Assembly: GCF_006345805.1 (NCBI RefSeq) | Contig: NC_043004.1 | Span: forward strand, 1,860,001 to 1,924,000 | Source: Octopus sinensis | Taxonomy: Eukaryota | DNA length: 64,000 bases | Reading direction: 5' to 3' | Shown: positions 28,759 through 41,723 of the stretch, in pieces | Numbering within the stretch: position 1 is the first letter of the stretch | How the letters are laid out: each line of letters starts with the position of its first letter | The notes under the pieces: generated by a model | Told to the model about the DNA's origin: nothing | What the model saw: the letters and a program-made list of their open reading frames with translations, nothing else | Databases searched by the model: none | Translations under genes and position numbers: made by a program

Positions 28759-30482
28759 ATATATATATATATATGTATATATGTATATATGTATGTATGT
28801 ATACATATATGTGCCCATACGCCCACACACGTACGAACACATGTAATTATGCAGAAGCGACATTCTTAAAATAGTTTCGCAGAAGAACCATCGACACAGA
28901 GCAGTAATATGAGATATGTCAAAAGACACATGGATTCAGAAATACTTCTGTAGGCTACAACGATCAGTATGCTGTTCAAGACGGTAGCATACTGCGCGCA
29001 ACTACTGAAGTTAATTTCACTATATTTTTATACACTTTCTTTGTAGCTTCGGTGTATATTCTCAACTCTGTTGACAACAACGTGCCCTACCTGATCTGCA
29101 TAATTTTGTGAAACATTCACAATTCAAGTAATATTCAGTCTATATTTCTATCAGAGCATGCTCATATTTTGTCATTCGTAGCTCTCAGTGTATTCAGCTA
29201 TGAGCAACATAGAAATTATACCTCATGAATACATGCATTGACTGTGATGTAGAATTCTTTTAATACATACTCCACTCTTTACGCTCATGGTGGACCCAAA
29301 GAATCTGTTCTTTGTCATCGAAAGCTTTCTTATCCATAATATAAGCGTATAAATATTTAATCTGATCCCTATGCTCTTTAGTTGTCAGACGCTTTTGTTT
29401 TAATATATGATTTGTTTGTTGGACAACTAACTGAAATGTGTGGATAACTGTCGGCTTTGACACTAGGCATTCATTTGTTCTGTCAAGCAAATTACGGACG
29501 TGGTTTCTCCCGATGATATATTGAGCTAACTGGATCCTATAAAGGAGCTGTTGTGGTAGCAGAACACGAAACACGGTTGAAATTCCTTCACTTAAATAGT
29601 ATATACTTGGCTGAATATTCCACGCATGTGTCTATCAGTTATGTAATTCTTAAGTAGGATCAACGGGACATAATGTGCCACGGCTGGGTTATTAAATTAC
29701 AGGTACCCACCAATATGATGGGTTTCCATAGTTACCGTCAACTCGTTTTCGCTCAAACGACTTCAGTTGAAACTAGGCTGTTGTGAAAGACATTCCTTCA
29801 AGACACCATGCGATGAGTTGGAACCGAGAATATCGTGATTGCGAAGAGAACTTTTTCACTACTCACCTACTTAACATCAACTGAAGAAGGGACAGTTGTG
29901 TATCAGAGCACAACATTTCTATGATGAACTCAGTTACGTCTTATTATCTCCCGATTTCATATCGTGCTACAATTCCTTTTCTCAATGAAATAAGCACCAG
30001 TGAAATAAATGGATATTTCCCTCTCCCAGCATCATGGCTTTGTGCCAATGATAGGATTAATATTTCACTGTAGTATTTGGTAGATTTGCACGATTGCTAG
30101 AACAATCGACTAGATGCATTTTTTTATTCAAACGTTGCCGGGTTTGACTTCTTTAATAATCTACTGTATCGATCAAAGAAACACCTGTGATTCATGTGGA
30201 GTCACTTTAGAATGCTCTGTATCTCTACCATTCTTGAGCACGTGGGCAATATTAATAAACGTCAATCATTGAACTACATTAATTATGGCATTAGATTTCT
30301 TCATGCTTCGAGAACAAATACTACCTGACACCACTCTGGATGACAAAATAAATACTGATGATGTGCTGCGATCAATTCAGTCTGATCTTATTTCTTCAGG
30401 AAATGATGCTTTATCATAAATAACCTTTCATAAAAAAATGTCATTAGGATTATATTTAATACAGTGCTAATAATAGTCTTAC

Positions 30483-31033
30483 GGCGGTGAACTGGCAGAG
30501 ATGTTCGCAGGCTGGACGAAATGCGTAGCCGTATTTCGTCTGCCGTTACGTTCTGAGTTCAAATTCCGCCGAGGTCGACTTTCCCTTTCATCCTTTCGCA
30601 CTGGGGTCGATATAACCGACTTAATCCCTTTGTCTGTCCTTGTTTGTCCCCTCTGTGTTTAGCCCCTTGTGGGCAGTAATGAAATAGGTATTTCGTCTGC
30701 CGCTGCGTTCTGAGATCAAATTCCGCTGAGGTCGACGTTGCCTTTCATCCTTTCGGGGTCGATTAAATAAGTACCAGTTACGCACTGGGGTCGATGCAAT
30801 CGACTTAATCCGTTTGTCTGTCCTTGTTTGTCCCTTCTATGTTTAGCACCTTGTGGGCAGTAAAGAAATAGATATTTTGTCCGTCGCTACGTTCTAAATT
30901 CAAATTCCATCAAGGTCGATTTTGTTTTTTATCCTTTTGGGATTGATAAATTAAGTACCAGTGAAACAGTAAGGTCGATGCAATCGACTAGTCCCTTCCC
31001 CTAAAATTCCAGGCCCTGTGCCTTTATTACAAA
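30483..31033 (+). mobile_element. SINE family A trimer
   Basis: One head and three bodies, each restarting at (g)tatttcgtc; the last unit has tail 2. Confidence 0.85.
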
Positions 31034-31343
31034 GTGTTACTTAATAGCTGTTCTTTAGATTCTAAATTTAAATCGCCTCAAAATATATATTAAACCTTAA
31101 TAGAATCGCAAAGATGAAATAACCACCTCAAATATACTGTATTCGAATGAGGTCCTCGTATTTGGGAAGAAATTTAAATATTGTAGTTATTAAAAAGTGA
31201 TTAGCTAATCAGAAATTATAGCTTTTTCGGCTGAATATTTACACACACTGACTCGCACATACATGAATACAAACATAGACGTATATATATATATTTAGAT
31301 ATAACAATGTATATAAATTTACACACACAGATACATATACTTG

Positions 31344-31374
<31 letters not shown>

Positions 31375-32146
31375 ATATGTGTGTGTTTGTGTGTGTGCGC
31401 GTGTGTGTTTGCATACGCATGTGTGTTGTTGTTGTTGTGTGTCTATCTACGAACCAGGTGTACATTGTTGTTAAGTTATTAAACTCTGAACACCAAATTT
31501 CAATTTATAATTGAAGAAAACTCCGTTACGAGCATCGTTCTTTTCCATAAGTTGTTCCTAATCCTTTTTGCTGTTGAAATGAGAAATTGTTTCAATCGGG
31601 AATAAAAAAGCAGAATTATTTTCCCAGTAAATTCATAATATAAACTTGCATTTAATTTTCAAACAGAATTCAAAACTAATCGCAGCAGAAATCATTTTAT
31701 TTAGGAACCAGATTAGAGTAATGAACAATGGTGGAAATAATGCATTTCGTGCGATTTAGCGATTAAATGTTTTTAAAAATTTCATTCTTCACTTAATCAT
31801 TCTGAGTTCAAACCCACAAATGTCGACTTTCGCTGACGTCTCTTCACTATTCATAAAGGATAACTAGTTACTACATCTTCATTTTACGCCACATCAATGT
31901 CAATACCTATGACTGTGTTTTATCAAAAAAATTATCGAACCACAAAGAGGGACAGTTACTCAGAACTATATTAGAGTATTTCATCTCTTCCCTTTGTCAA
32001 CAAGAGAGACATATTCTCAGTGACAAAACGCAGTGGGTGGTTTGTTCCCCAGGTCTAACGTGCATCAAACATATTCGGACTGGTAACAATACAATCTTCT
32101 CTTTCTGGTTCCAATAAAATGCTTCATTCGGTTGAACTATTCCTGT

Positions 32147-32231
32147 CTTATGCGAAAGCTTAAGAGCACACACTTTCGTGCCTTATGCGAGAGCTTATAA
32201 GCACACACGTTTTGCCTTATGTGAGAGCTTA

Positions 32232-32266
<35 letters not shown>

Positions 32267-32280
32267 AGAGCCTAAGAGTA
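32147..32280 (+). repeat. ~35-bp minisatellite, about three copies
   Basis: cttatgcga(a/g)agctta...gcacacac repeated. Confidence 0.75.
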
Positions 32281-32785
32281 CAGCAGAGGGTTACTTCGAC
32301 CCTAGTATTTTTCTGGTATTTATTGCATCTAGGAAAAGTAAAGTATATCCAATAAGAGCAAATATCCCATTAGATTGTAAACATTTTAATTATTTCCTTC
32401 TTAAGATGAGAAAAATTGCTTTAGTTTAATGTGAATGAAATTAAGTCTGGAGAATGTCCAACTCCGCTGCGTATTTACAAATAAATTGTCCAAGTGTAAG
32501 AAATTGACGGTCAGACACTTCACGGTATGACATTCGGGAGACAGAAGCTAATAATCTGTAAATACACATTACTTTACCAGAAGGAAGGAAGGATCAATTC
32601 ATATTATAAAAAAAACCACTACATGTATTTTAAAATATATGTTGGTGAAAGTGTGTGTGTGTGTTTGTATAGGCTTGTATGTAGAGGAGAGACATGAAGG
32701 GGAGATATATGAGTGTGCAACGGCAGAAAAGGTAGTTTACAAATTTAATAACCTTCGGTATTTACAAACACCCTTCAGTTTAAAT

Positions 32786-32870
<85 letters not shown>

Positions 32871-33004
32871 CCAATTCGATATTCGACTTATCGGAATCGA
32901 TGAAATAAATTTATTTCATCTTATTCTTTCATTAAATATATAAACTACAGTATATCTTTAAAATCTATGGCCTGCTAAATCAAGAAATCAATATACACAT
33001 AGTT

Positions 33005-33142
33005 ACATTATTTACATTATTTACATTTGACGCATATTTTTCCCCATCTTGTTTGTTGTTAACACAACGTTTCAGCCTTCTTCAGGTGTCTTGGGGAAAA
33101 TTTCGAACCTGGGTTCTCATTCCTAAGGTATCTTTCGATGTT
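33005..33142 (-). mobile_element. Second copy of the 40467 HHR-bearing repeat; stem II deleted
   Basis: Minus strand reads ...gaacccaggttcgaaattttccccaagacacCTGAAGAaggctGAAAcgttgtgttaac...tgtaaataatgta. Confidence 0.75.
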
Positions 33143-33214
33143 ATAATAATAATAATATAATAATGATAATAATAATAATAATAATAATAATAATATAATA
33201 ATAATAATAATAAT

Positions 33215-33662
33215 GGGCTACAGCAAATATTCTGCTCAATACACAGATTTGCTTGTCAGTTGTTGACCTTAACCAGTTGAGCATGTCCCTTAGTGGCTGA
33301 CGATATGTGCATCTCTGATCACGAGCAGAAGTAGTGGGGGAGCATCATGGCCATGTGTTGAGAGGGATTCTGGAGTTTGAATGGTTCACCTCTGGAAACA
33401 TAGGTGTTTCGTTCAACATCCTAAAGCAACCCTTATTCAGGGACCGTTTGAGCAGGATGGGCTACTCAACCTGAAGAAAATTCTAACTGGGCCCCACCTG
33501 CAAGGTCATGTGCTGTTATCTTGATATGAGATCACCATGTCGCGCACATATGGTTGTGATGCATGTGCCTGGTGACCTTTATCAACGGGTAGTCATGAGG
33601 GTATATGGGCTTCGTATATTTTACCCCAGTGTCACTTTGATGGCATGAACTGCTCTCTACTC
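33215..33662. mobile_element. 448-bp non-coding insert bounded on both sides by (TAA)n; probable 3' part of another TAA-tailed retroposon
   Basis: GC-richer unique sequence with sharp (TAA)n boundaries at 33214 and 33663. No ORF and no similarity to the copy 2 UTR. Confidence 0.55.
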
Positions 33663-33679
33663 AATAATAATAATAATAA

Positions 33680-35566
33680 AAAGGCCTTCGACAGTATACC
33701 GCATCCATGGATCTTGAGATCGCTGGACATCTTCAAAATTTCCCCTGTGATTTCAAACTTCCTGAAGCACAATATGTCGTTGTGGAATACGAATCTCCAA
33801 TTATACCACTCTAATGGAGTACTTGCCTCAGAAAATATAAACATCAACTGTGGAATTTTTCAAGGTGACTCACTTTCACCTTTAATATTCTGCATAGCCC
33901 TAATACCCCTTACAAGTGAATTAAACAGAACAGGGTATGGGTATAAAATTGCCAATAAAAAAATAAGCCATCTTTTATATGGATGACTTAAAACTTTATG
34001 GTAAAGACAATAATGAACTTGAAGGCCTATTGCGCACCGTGAAATCATTCAGCGATGACATCGGGATGGAGTTTGGACTTGAGAAGTGTGCCAAGGCCAC
34101 TTTCCAGAAAGGGAAAGTGAAGACCACAAATTCAGTCGTGTTAGATGTTGACACAGTCATAAGAGAGCTTGAGCAAGAACAAACATACAAATATTTAGGG
34201 ATAAATGAAGGCTCTGGTATTCAGCATGCAAGCATGAAAGAGATAATCAGGAAGGAATGTTATAGGAGAGTTCGTGCAGTCCTGAAATCTGAACTAAATG
34301 CATGTAACAAGGTGTTAGCTATAAATTCCCTAGCAGTTCCAGTTGTTACTTATAGCTACAATGTGTTGAACTGGAATATGAGTGAAGTAAAGAATATAGA
34401 TAGAAAAATACGCAAGCTGCTGAGTTGTAATAGGATGCACCACCCAAAGGCAGACGTAGATCGCCTTTACCTTCCCAGAGCCCAAGGAGGTCGAGGCCTG
34501 ATCCAATTTGAACTAGCTTACAAAACAACCACAATTGGACTGGCCAAATATCTCGAAATATCGAATGACTGGATGCTAAAGCTCGTGGAAAATCACGAGA
34601 GACGAAAGAAGCTTCATTCTATCATCAAGGAAAGCAAAAAATTGCTATTGATCTCGTGCAGGATACCCAAACTGAACAACCCGAGGGAAGTACGGCAACT
34701 ATTGTTGCAAAGAAGGTGAAAATGATGGCAATGAAAAAAGCGCACGAGCAATTGGCTGATAGGTGGGAGGAGAAACCTCTGCACGGCAAATATGTGACCC
34801 GCAGCAAACAAGCTGATGTTGACCAGAAGCAAACCCATCAGTGGCTGCGGAGCTCAGGGCTAAAAGCAGAGAGCGAAGGTTTCATCCGGGCTGCTCAAGA
34901 CCAAAGCCTATCAACCCGGAACTACCAGGCCAATGTGATGAAAAATGGAGCAGACCCAAAATGCCGATTCTGCAACGACATGATTGAAACAGTGGACCAC
35001 CTAATCTCTAGATGTAAAGTCTTAGCACAGTGGACCACCTAATCTCTGGATGTAAAGTCTTAGCACCAGTGGAGTATAAATTAAGACATGACAGAGTTGG
35101 CCAATATCTCCACTGGCTAATAAGTCGGCATTACAATATCAAAACTGCCGACAAGTGGTATAATCACCACCCTGAGGCTGTAACTGAAGGAGAAAATGTA
35201 ACCATTCTGTGGGACTTTCCAGTACATACAGACCGAACCATCAAGGCCAATAAACCAGATATTGTTGTGAAAGACCAAAACAATAAAGTTTGCTTATTGA
35301 TCGACATGAGCATCCCCTGTGATCATAATATCTCAGCGAAAGAGTTTGACAAGCTCAGAAAATATAAAGACCTACTCATTGAAATTGAGAAAATGTGGCA
35401 TCTCAAGGCGGTTACAATACCAGTGATCGTAGGAACACTAGGAATGATCAAGAAGGGAACCGAAAATTATATGAGAATGATCACTGGCTTACCATCCCTG
35501 CAAGAAGTGCAAAAGATTGTCTTAACTGGTACATCACACGTATTGAGAAGAGCATTGTCGATGTGA
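33680..35566 (+). pseudogene. Frameshifted RT-RLE ORF of Dong-like copy 2
   Basis: Four collinear ORF pieces (33645-33986, 33979-34719, 34656-35042, 35030-35566). Shifts fall at short T/A runs (~33975, ~34642) and at a 38-bp tandem duplication (34990-35065). Confidence 0.88.
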
Positions 35567-35735
35567 GAACTGTTGCTGCTCATGTATTTTAATTTAACTT
35601 TAAAAAAAAAAAATTAACGAACTACTGAGTTTGGTTTAATGGCCTACCAATATACACTATGAGTTTCTTTGCCCTAGGAGTCGGGAAGACACTCGGCAAG
35701 AAATGGAAGAAAATTTGAAAGAAGAAAAAAAAAAG
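33680..35735 (+). mobile_element. R4/Dong-clade non-LTR retrotransposon, copy 2 (divergent from copy 1); 5'-truncated, with 3' UTR and (TAA)n tail
   Basis: Begins at KKAFDSIPH right after (TAA)5. Contains GIFQGDSLSP, MDDLKLY, CRFC..H..C, RHD, KPDIVV and LIDMSIP. ORF stops at 35566, followed by a ~170-bp 3' UTR and (TAA)n from 35736. Confidence 0.93.
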
Positions 35736-38404
35736 TAATAATAATAATAATAATGATAGTAATAATAATAATAATAATTGTTATTGTTGTTGTTGTTATT
35801 ATTATTATCATTATTATTATTATTATTATCATTATTATTATTATTGCCTTTGCACAGCTTCTAACGCTGTACACAATTCCTCGTATCTGGAATACTCGTA
35901 GATATATAAATTGTTACAAAGACTCGACATATCTATATTCTTTTTTTTTCTTGAGTTCGAGAGAGAGGTACATTTAATCCGTAACAAGTTTTGGTTTCTC
36001 GTGCAAACATTTCACTTCTCATAATTCTTGTTATAATAATCTGAAACGGGATGAACTATTTCCAAGCTCAACAATCAAGCAAATCTCTCACTGTTTTCCA
36101 ATCACCAAATGACACTGAGAGAACAATGTAGCTTGAGTTCACTTATCGATATTGCATACTTTATACGACGTATTTGTGTAACATTGTACCCGAGTAATTT
36201 CTCAGAATTTAACACTTATTTAATTTCTTGTCGCTCCAAATCTTTGGTAGTTAACGAAATTAATAGAAACACAAACGACTATTGTTGTATTTTCGTTTTG
36301 TTATTTTCCTTTCTCGCTGTCTTTATTGCCTTCTGTCAATAGAACGGTGGACACCTTTACATAAATTGATTCACTCTATATTAGTGTCACTTATGACCTT
36401 TGGGCTTAAATACAAGGTAACAGATGAGAAAACTACGAAAACACCTTCACAGCCACCACTGAATTCATGCAGGCACTAGCACTTTAACATAATTAACAGA
36501 AGTCCTCGGCCAACAGTTAACTACTACAGACAAGCAATAATATTAAAGGCTTCAACTATGCCACGAATATTAGCTTCTAATTAACGGAACTTGTTAAAAT
36601 AACAGCATTGATAGCAGTTATAAAATCAGTGGCTCTCTTGTAACAACAATGCACCAATGGCGACGACTCTGGTCAGCATAACGTCCGTTAACTCTATTAT
36701 TTGGCGGATACACGTAAATTAATGATTGAACAGAAATAAAAAGTACAAGAAAATATAGAAACGGATGAGCAATAAAAATTACAAGATTCTATTCCCCTTC
36801 TCATTATAATAGCGGCTAATATGGCTGCTGTAGCTGTTGGTGTCGTTGAGGAAGTAAGGGGGCTGTTGGTCACGAATTTCTGCAAATCAAATTTTGGCAC
36901 TACTGCCAGTGCCTAATACATTCGCTTGTAATTTATCAATAGGGTTTAAATTTTCGGCTCAGTCTTGAAAAGAAAAAATGGTGAGACATTCACCAAGAAT
37001 TGACATTAAATTTTTGAACGAGAATTTATCAAGTGGCAGTCAATAGATTATTCTTATAAAGTAAACATTTTATGCAACTTTTCAATATCTTTCTTTTTCT
37101 ATTTCATTTACTTTATTAAATAGATAGAAATGACATCTTTTTGCAATGTTGATGTTATCACCAACATTGCATGCAAACGCTATTACATCTCTGTCAGCAC
37201 TCATATTAAGAAGTAAGTAGAAAAAAACTTTCAATTTTTTCTCTGCTGTACTCTTTCCGTTTTATATGAAGACGACTAAACGATTATAATTTGAATGCCA
37301 TTTCGTAAAAGCAAATATATTTCAGTTCCAGACGAAATTTTTCAAATCCACCCCACACCCACGGACCAATAATCTTTTGCTTGCTGATCAACTATAATTC
37401 GAAATGATGCCTATTTATTGCTGTAATGGGATAGAAGCATTAGGGTCCCAGATAGACGTACGATAAAGGCGATACGAACAAATAGAGGATATATTAGGCT
37501 CAGAGGTTCGTATCTTTAAATCAATCGTATTTATTTTTCAAGGCTGTAACAACTTAACCCCATTTGAGGGTCTACTAAAAACAATCTCACTGTCGATTTT
37601 TCGTTGTATTTAAAGTGAATCGCTTATGTACATCACATTTGCAAAGGTGTGTTTAATAATATTTAGTAGTTAAAGTTTGTCATTTTAAGCTCTTGTTAAT
37701 TCTGGAGGACATTTTATGTCATAAATCACAATTTTTGAACTACAAAAATATCGAAAGTTCTGAAAGCGATATTTGTTTTTGTCTTTTTTTTTGCCTTTCC
37801 TGTCTATAGCATTCATTGATATTTCATATACATTCGCATTATAGTTTTTAAAAAAATGTAACAACTAAAATGTTTATTATTGCAATTGAATAGAAAAGGA
37901 TAAGTATGATTTTATTCGACGATCCTCATTTGAGACTTTTTGAAAATGTTACCATAATTTCCAAAATAATTCACATATGAAGAAATTTTAAGTATTATAT
38001 ATTATTTTAACTCCTAAAACACGTGGCAAGGCCAAAAATTATGAATAAAAAAATTGGCTGTTAATAGGTTAAATTACAGACCGGGAAAAATATTTCTTAA
38101 AGTAAAGATTTTGTTTGGTGATATGAAATGTTGACAGGCAGCAGAATAGATTTTGCACTCATTGTTGCTAGTTACATTGTTATTATCCAGAATAGTATTT
38201 ATGTTCGTGTACTCTAAAGCTTTATATTGCTATTGTGTGCATGCAAAACTGAAGCTGTCGCTGATCCGCACAACATAACGAAGTCGTTGGGTCGTAGCGA
38301 TGCGTTTTAGCTTGTCACAATTCCAAATATATTAACAGAAAATGTATTCTTTCATACTGACACTAGACTTAAGCCTTTGATGTGATGACTAGAGCCCGGT
38401 AGTA

Positions 38405-38548
38405 CGAGGTGTGTATGAAAAGTCTTTAGCATAAAAAAAAAACATGGTACAAAACTTCTGATGAAGGTACAAGACTTCGAGGCTTAAAGGCCTTGAAGTT
38501 TCAAAACTTCAAGGCCTTGAAGTCTCAAAACTTTTCATACACTTCACG
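38405..38548. mobile_element. Mariner-type mini-MITE
   Basis: TA|cgaggtgtgtatgaaaagt ... acttttcatacacttcacg|TA, with an internal aaggccttgaagttt/aaacttcaaggcctt palindrome. Confidence 0.6.
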
Positions 38549-39009
38549 TATATATCTATGATAAACGTATATGAAATACGATTAGGAATTTGGATGCATA
38601 ACTAACTTGAATGAAAGAGATCAAGAGTCGTGTTTTTGAACGGTGAACCGAAGAAGGACGAGTTCCAAATAGCAAATATCCAACATACGGTGCTTATTAA
38701 ACAGTCTCCAGGTCAAGACTAATACAGACGCGAGTATCATTTACCATAGCTACGTTGTTCCTTGTTCCAACTCTATTTTGTTTTCTCTTGTTCCAGCTCA
38801 AGAGTTGCGGTCATACTGGGGCAACGCCGTTATGATATAATATACTAATATAATTAATATTATGAGGTCCTTATATTCGTATATTAGCAGCAATAGAGCA
38901 GGGGACAAAACGTATTGTATTATATATTCCTTATTTTATGTTTTTGATATAGGTCCCTCAAATAATAATTGAATTGAATTAGAAACCTATGTCACATTAC
39001 CACGTGACA

Positions 39010-39260
39010 TTACATGTGACCGATCAGGCTATCAGATGTTCTTATACATCGCTGGTCACAATGCGCTTTTGCATTGTTTTAGCCTTCAAATGACGCAATC
39101 CCGTTGGCTAGGCGAGCAAGCCAACATTGACCCCTTATCGAAAGGAAGACTGGAGAACGTGAAATGAAGTGCTTTATTCAAGAATACAACGCACCGCCCA
39201 CTCAGGGAATCGAAACTACGATCTAACGATCGTGAGTTCACAGCCTAACCACTAGACCAC
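39010..39260 (-). mobile_element. Third tRNA-headed SINE family (C)
   Basis: Minus strand gtggtctagtggttagg (A box) ... tttcgattccc (B box) ... cacttcatttcacgttctccag; weaker relative at 61035-61145. Confidence 0.6.
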
Positions 39261-39691
39261 TTCACAGAAGCCTATGTACTTTTACAAAATTAGTTGCCAA
39301 GGGAAATGGAGTGGCAATGGATTGGATGTCATCAAAATTCACCAACTGGAATCATTTTGCTTTTCGTCTAAATCAGATGTCGATCTAAGTTAGAACATTG
39401 CATCCTTGCGAAAGTGTAGTCTCGTACCATTAAAAGGAATCATTCTCACCACAGCTGCGGTAGCGAAGACTTGAATCAGGGAAAGAAAAAACACTTAACG
39501 ATACACAATATTTTAATGCTGAATCCTAACCTCGCACAAAAGGACAAATTGAATAAAGAGATCCTGCGTAGTTGGTTTGAAAAATATGGGATTGTAGTGA
39601 CTGGAATGATTTACAAGACGGATATGTTCATCTGTTCGTCTGGAGGATTCTGGAGCTGCGAGGTATACTTCCCCGGCAGATGGCGTTGATA

Positions 39692-39736
39692 GTGGCCTTG
39701 GAACAGTGGCTTTGGAACAGTGGCCTTGGAACAGTG
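39692..39736 (+). repeat. 14-bp tandem repeat x3
   Basis: agtggc(c/t)ttggaac repeated. Confidence 0.8.
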
Positions 39737-39899
39737 AGAACAGTTCGGATTGAGAGGTGGGAGAGGATCAATATTTAACTTTTAGCCAGTCAGATCAGAG
39801 ACACGTCAGGGTTACATTTGAGCTCAAACTGAGACTATGGATGTTTAAGGAATGCGTTCTTTCACTAAACGAGGAAGTGGCCTTAGAGTTTCTTTGGTT

Positions 39900-40400
39900 A
39901 AGACACAGATCCAGTTTTCGCTGGCTTCCTGGGGGACTTCACAGTGTCTGTCTCGGATGAGAATGTCAAAGTAGCTGGCTACTTCACTTATCATGGCAAT
40001 GAGATGCATAGCAGACTGGGCTGCAAGTTTCAAGTCTTAAAAATACTTTCGCATGCGGAAGCAGTTGTCGAGTTTGCATTCAACCAACAACTACAGTCAG
40101 AAACTAAGATGACCCCTGTTACTCGTTTGATGCCGAAGCGTCAGCTCAGACAGTTTGACCACGTTGCTCGGTACTCCGACTTGACTCCTGCGTATCGTAC
40201 TCCTTTCTGGGGATCTTTCTGGAGTGACGGCTTGTGTTGGTTGCCCACATACCGCATGGACAGGGCGGATAAAGACGCATCACTCGGAGATGGGAAATGG
40301 TCGGGACACTGCTCAGAATGTTACCCGAGGTAATCTAAGCAAATTCACTACAAACGGAGGATACAGCAACGCGCTACAACGACGCCTGACCCCATACACG
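39900..40400 (+). pseudogene. Decayed RTE-like LINE RT C-terminal relic
   Basis: ENVKVAGYFTY and RQLRQFDHVARY resemble the RTE motifs E.V..FTYLG and RQLR.FGHVAR. Confidence 0.5.
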
Positions 40401-40466
40401 ATCTGACTTCTGCGTTCGATAAAGACCGAAGAAACAATCTATAGTATTCTAACATTAATTTTTCAG

Positions 40467-40749
40467 CTCTATATTTAAGAGATGAGAAAATTAATTACAT
40501 TATTTATATATATTTTACATTATTTACATTCGATGGATATTTGTCGTCATCTAGTTTGTTTTAACACAACGTTTCCAGCTGGTATCCCCTCCAGCCTTCA
40601 TACCTTAGCAATGAGAACCCAGGTTCGAAATTTCCCCAAGACACCTGATGAAGGCTGGAGGTATATCAGCCGAAACGTTGTGTTAATAATAAACAAGGTG
40701 AGGACAAATATCCGTCAAATGTAAATAATGTAAATAATGTAAGTAATGT
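40467..40749. mobile_element. Penelope-like terminal-repeat insertion (inverted + direct arms) with 13-bp TSD
   Basis: TSD attaatttttcag at 40454-40466 and 40750-40762. Most of 40467-40600 is the reverse complement of 40649-40749. Related copies lie at 33005 and 47121. Confidence 0.75.
40640..40684 (+). ncRNA. Minimal hammerhead ribozyme motif (Penelope-type)
   Basis: GACAC-CUGAUGA-A-GGCUG gagguauau CAGCC-GAAA-CG-UU-GUGUU: 5-bp stem I, 5-bp stem II, loopless palindromic stem III AACGUU. Confidence 0.78.
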
Positions 40750-41351
40750 ATTAATTTTTCAGTTTTCCAATATGTAACGCTTTAATGTAGAGACTCCTTA
40801 ATTCAATACCAATATTATTTCTGACACTTACGAGTAAATGTCTTCAATAACCATTAGCATTAAGAAAAAACAATTGAAATGTTCACACTATAATGTTTTG
40901 TTTTGTTGTTGGTTTTTGATTTGTTTCATGCGTTTTATTAGATCCCTGTGCACTCGTCTTTAGGTGGATTATCTTGTCATAGAATATATCTCTGTGATTA
41001 GTTTCAATAAATGCCATTGTTCCCTACAAAGATTTCAGTGTTCATATCTAGCTGAGGGCGATAAGCATTCGTTCGTGAGAATAATGCACTTGAAAGACAG
41101 AAGAGAATGGGCCGAACAAAATGCAATTCAAAATAATGAAACGTTGAAGACAAACTTGACTGTCAAAAATTGTTGAGCGAATCTCGAAACGTATTTGAAG
41201 AGATCAGACCCCGGAAGCCAGACTGAAGATAGATTGCGGAACTTTTGTTTCAATATTCAAGAAGTCCGCAGCAGAATGGAATAGAAATAGATGAGAGCTG
41301 TTTGTGCTGTGGTATTGTGTGGTAGCTTTATGCAGGGTTGTAAGTTTGATT

Positions 41352-41394
<43 letters not shown>

Positions 41395-41723
41395 TTGTGT
41401 GCGCGCGTGCGTACATCTGTTCGTATGCGTGTGTGTGTGTGCGTGAGTGCGTGTGTGCATGCGCACGCGCGTGCTTGTGTGTCTGTGTGTGTATTTGTGA
41501 GTATGTGTGCGTGTTCGTGTGTGTGTACGTGTGTGCGTGTGCTTGTGTATGTCTGTTTGTGTGCGCGCGTGCATGCCTGCGTGTGTGTGCGCATGCATGT
41601 GTGTACACGAGTGTGTGTGCGCACGCGTGTGCGTGCGTCTGTGTATGTGCGTTTGTGTGTGTGTGTGTGTATGTGCGTGTGTGTATGTTCGTGTGCGTGT
41701 GTGTGTGTGTGTGTGTACGTGTG
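41352..41723. repeat. Long alternating purine-pyrimidine (TG/CG) tract
   Basis: Directly visible; explains the overlapping CV/TH ORFs. Confidence 0.95.
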
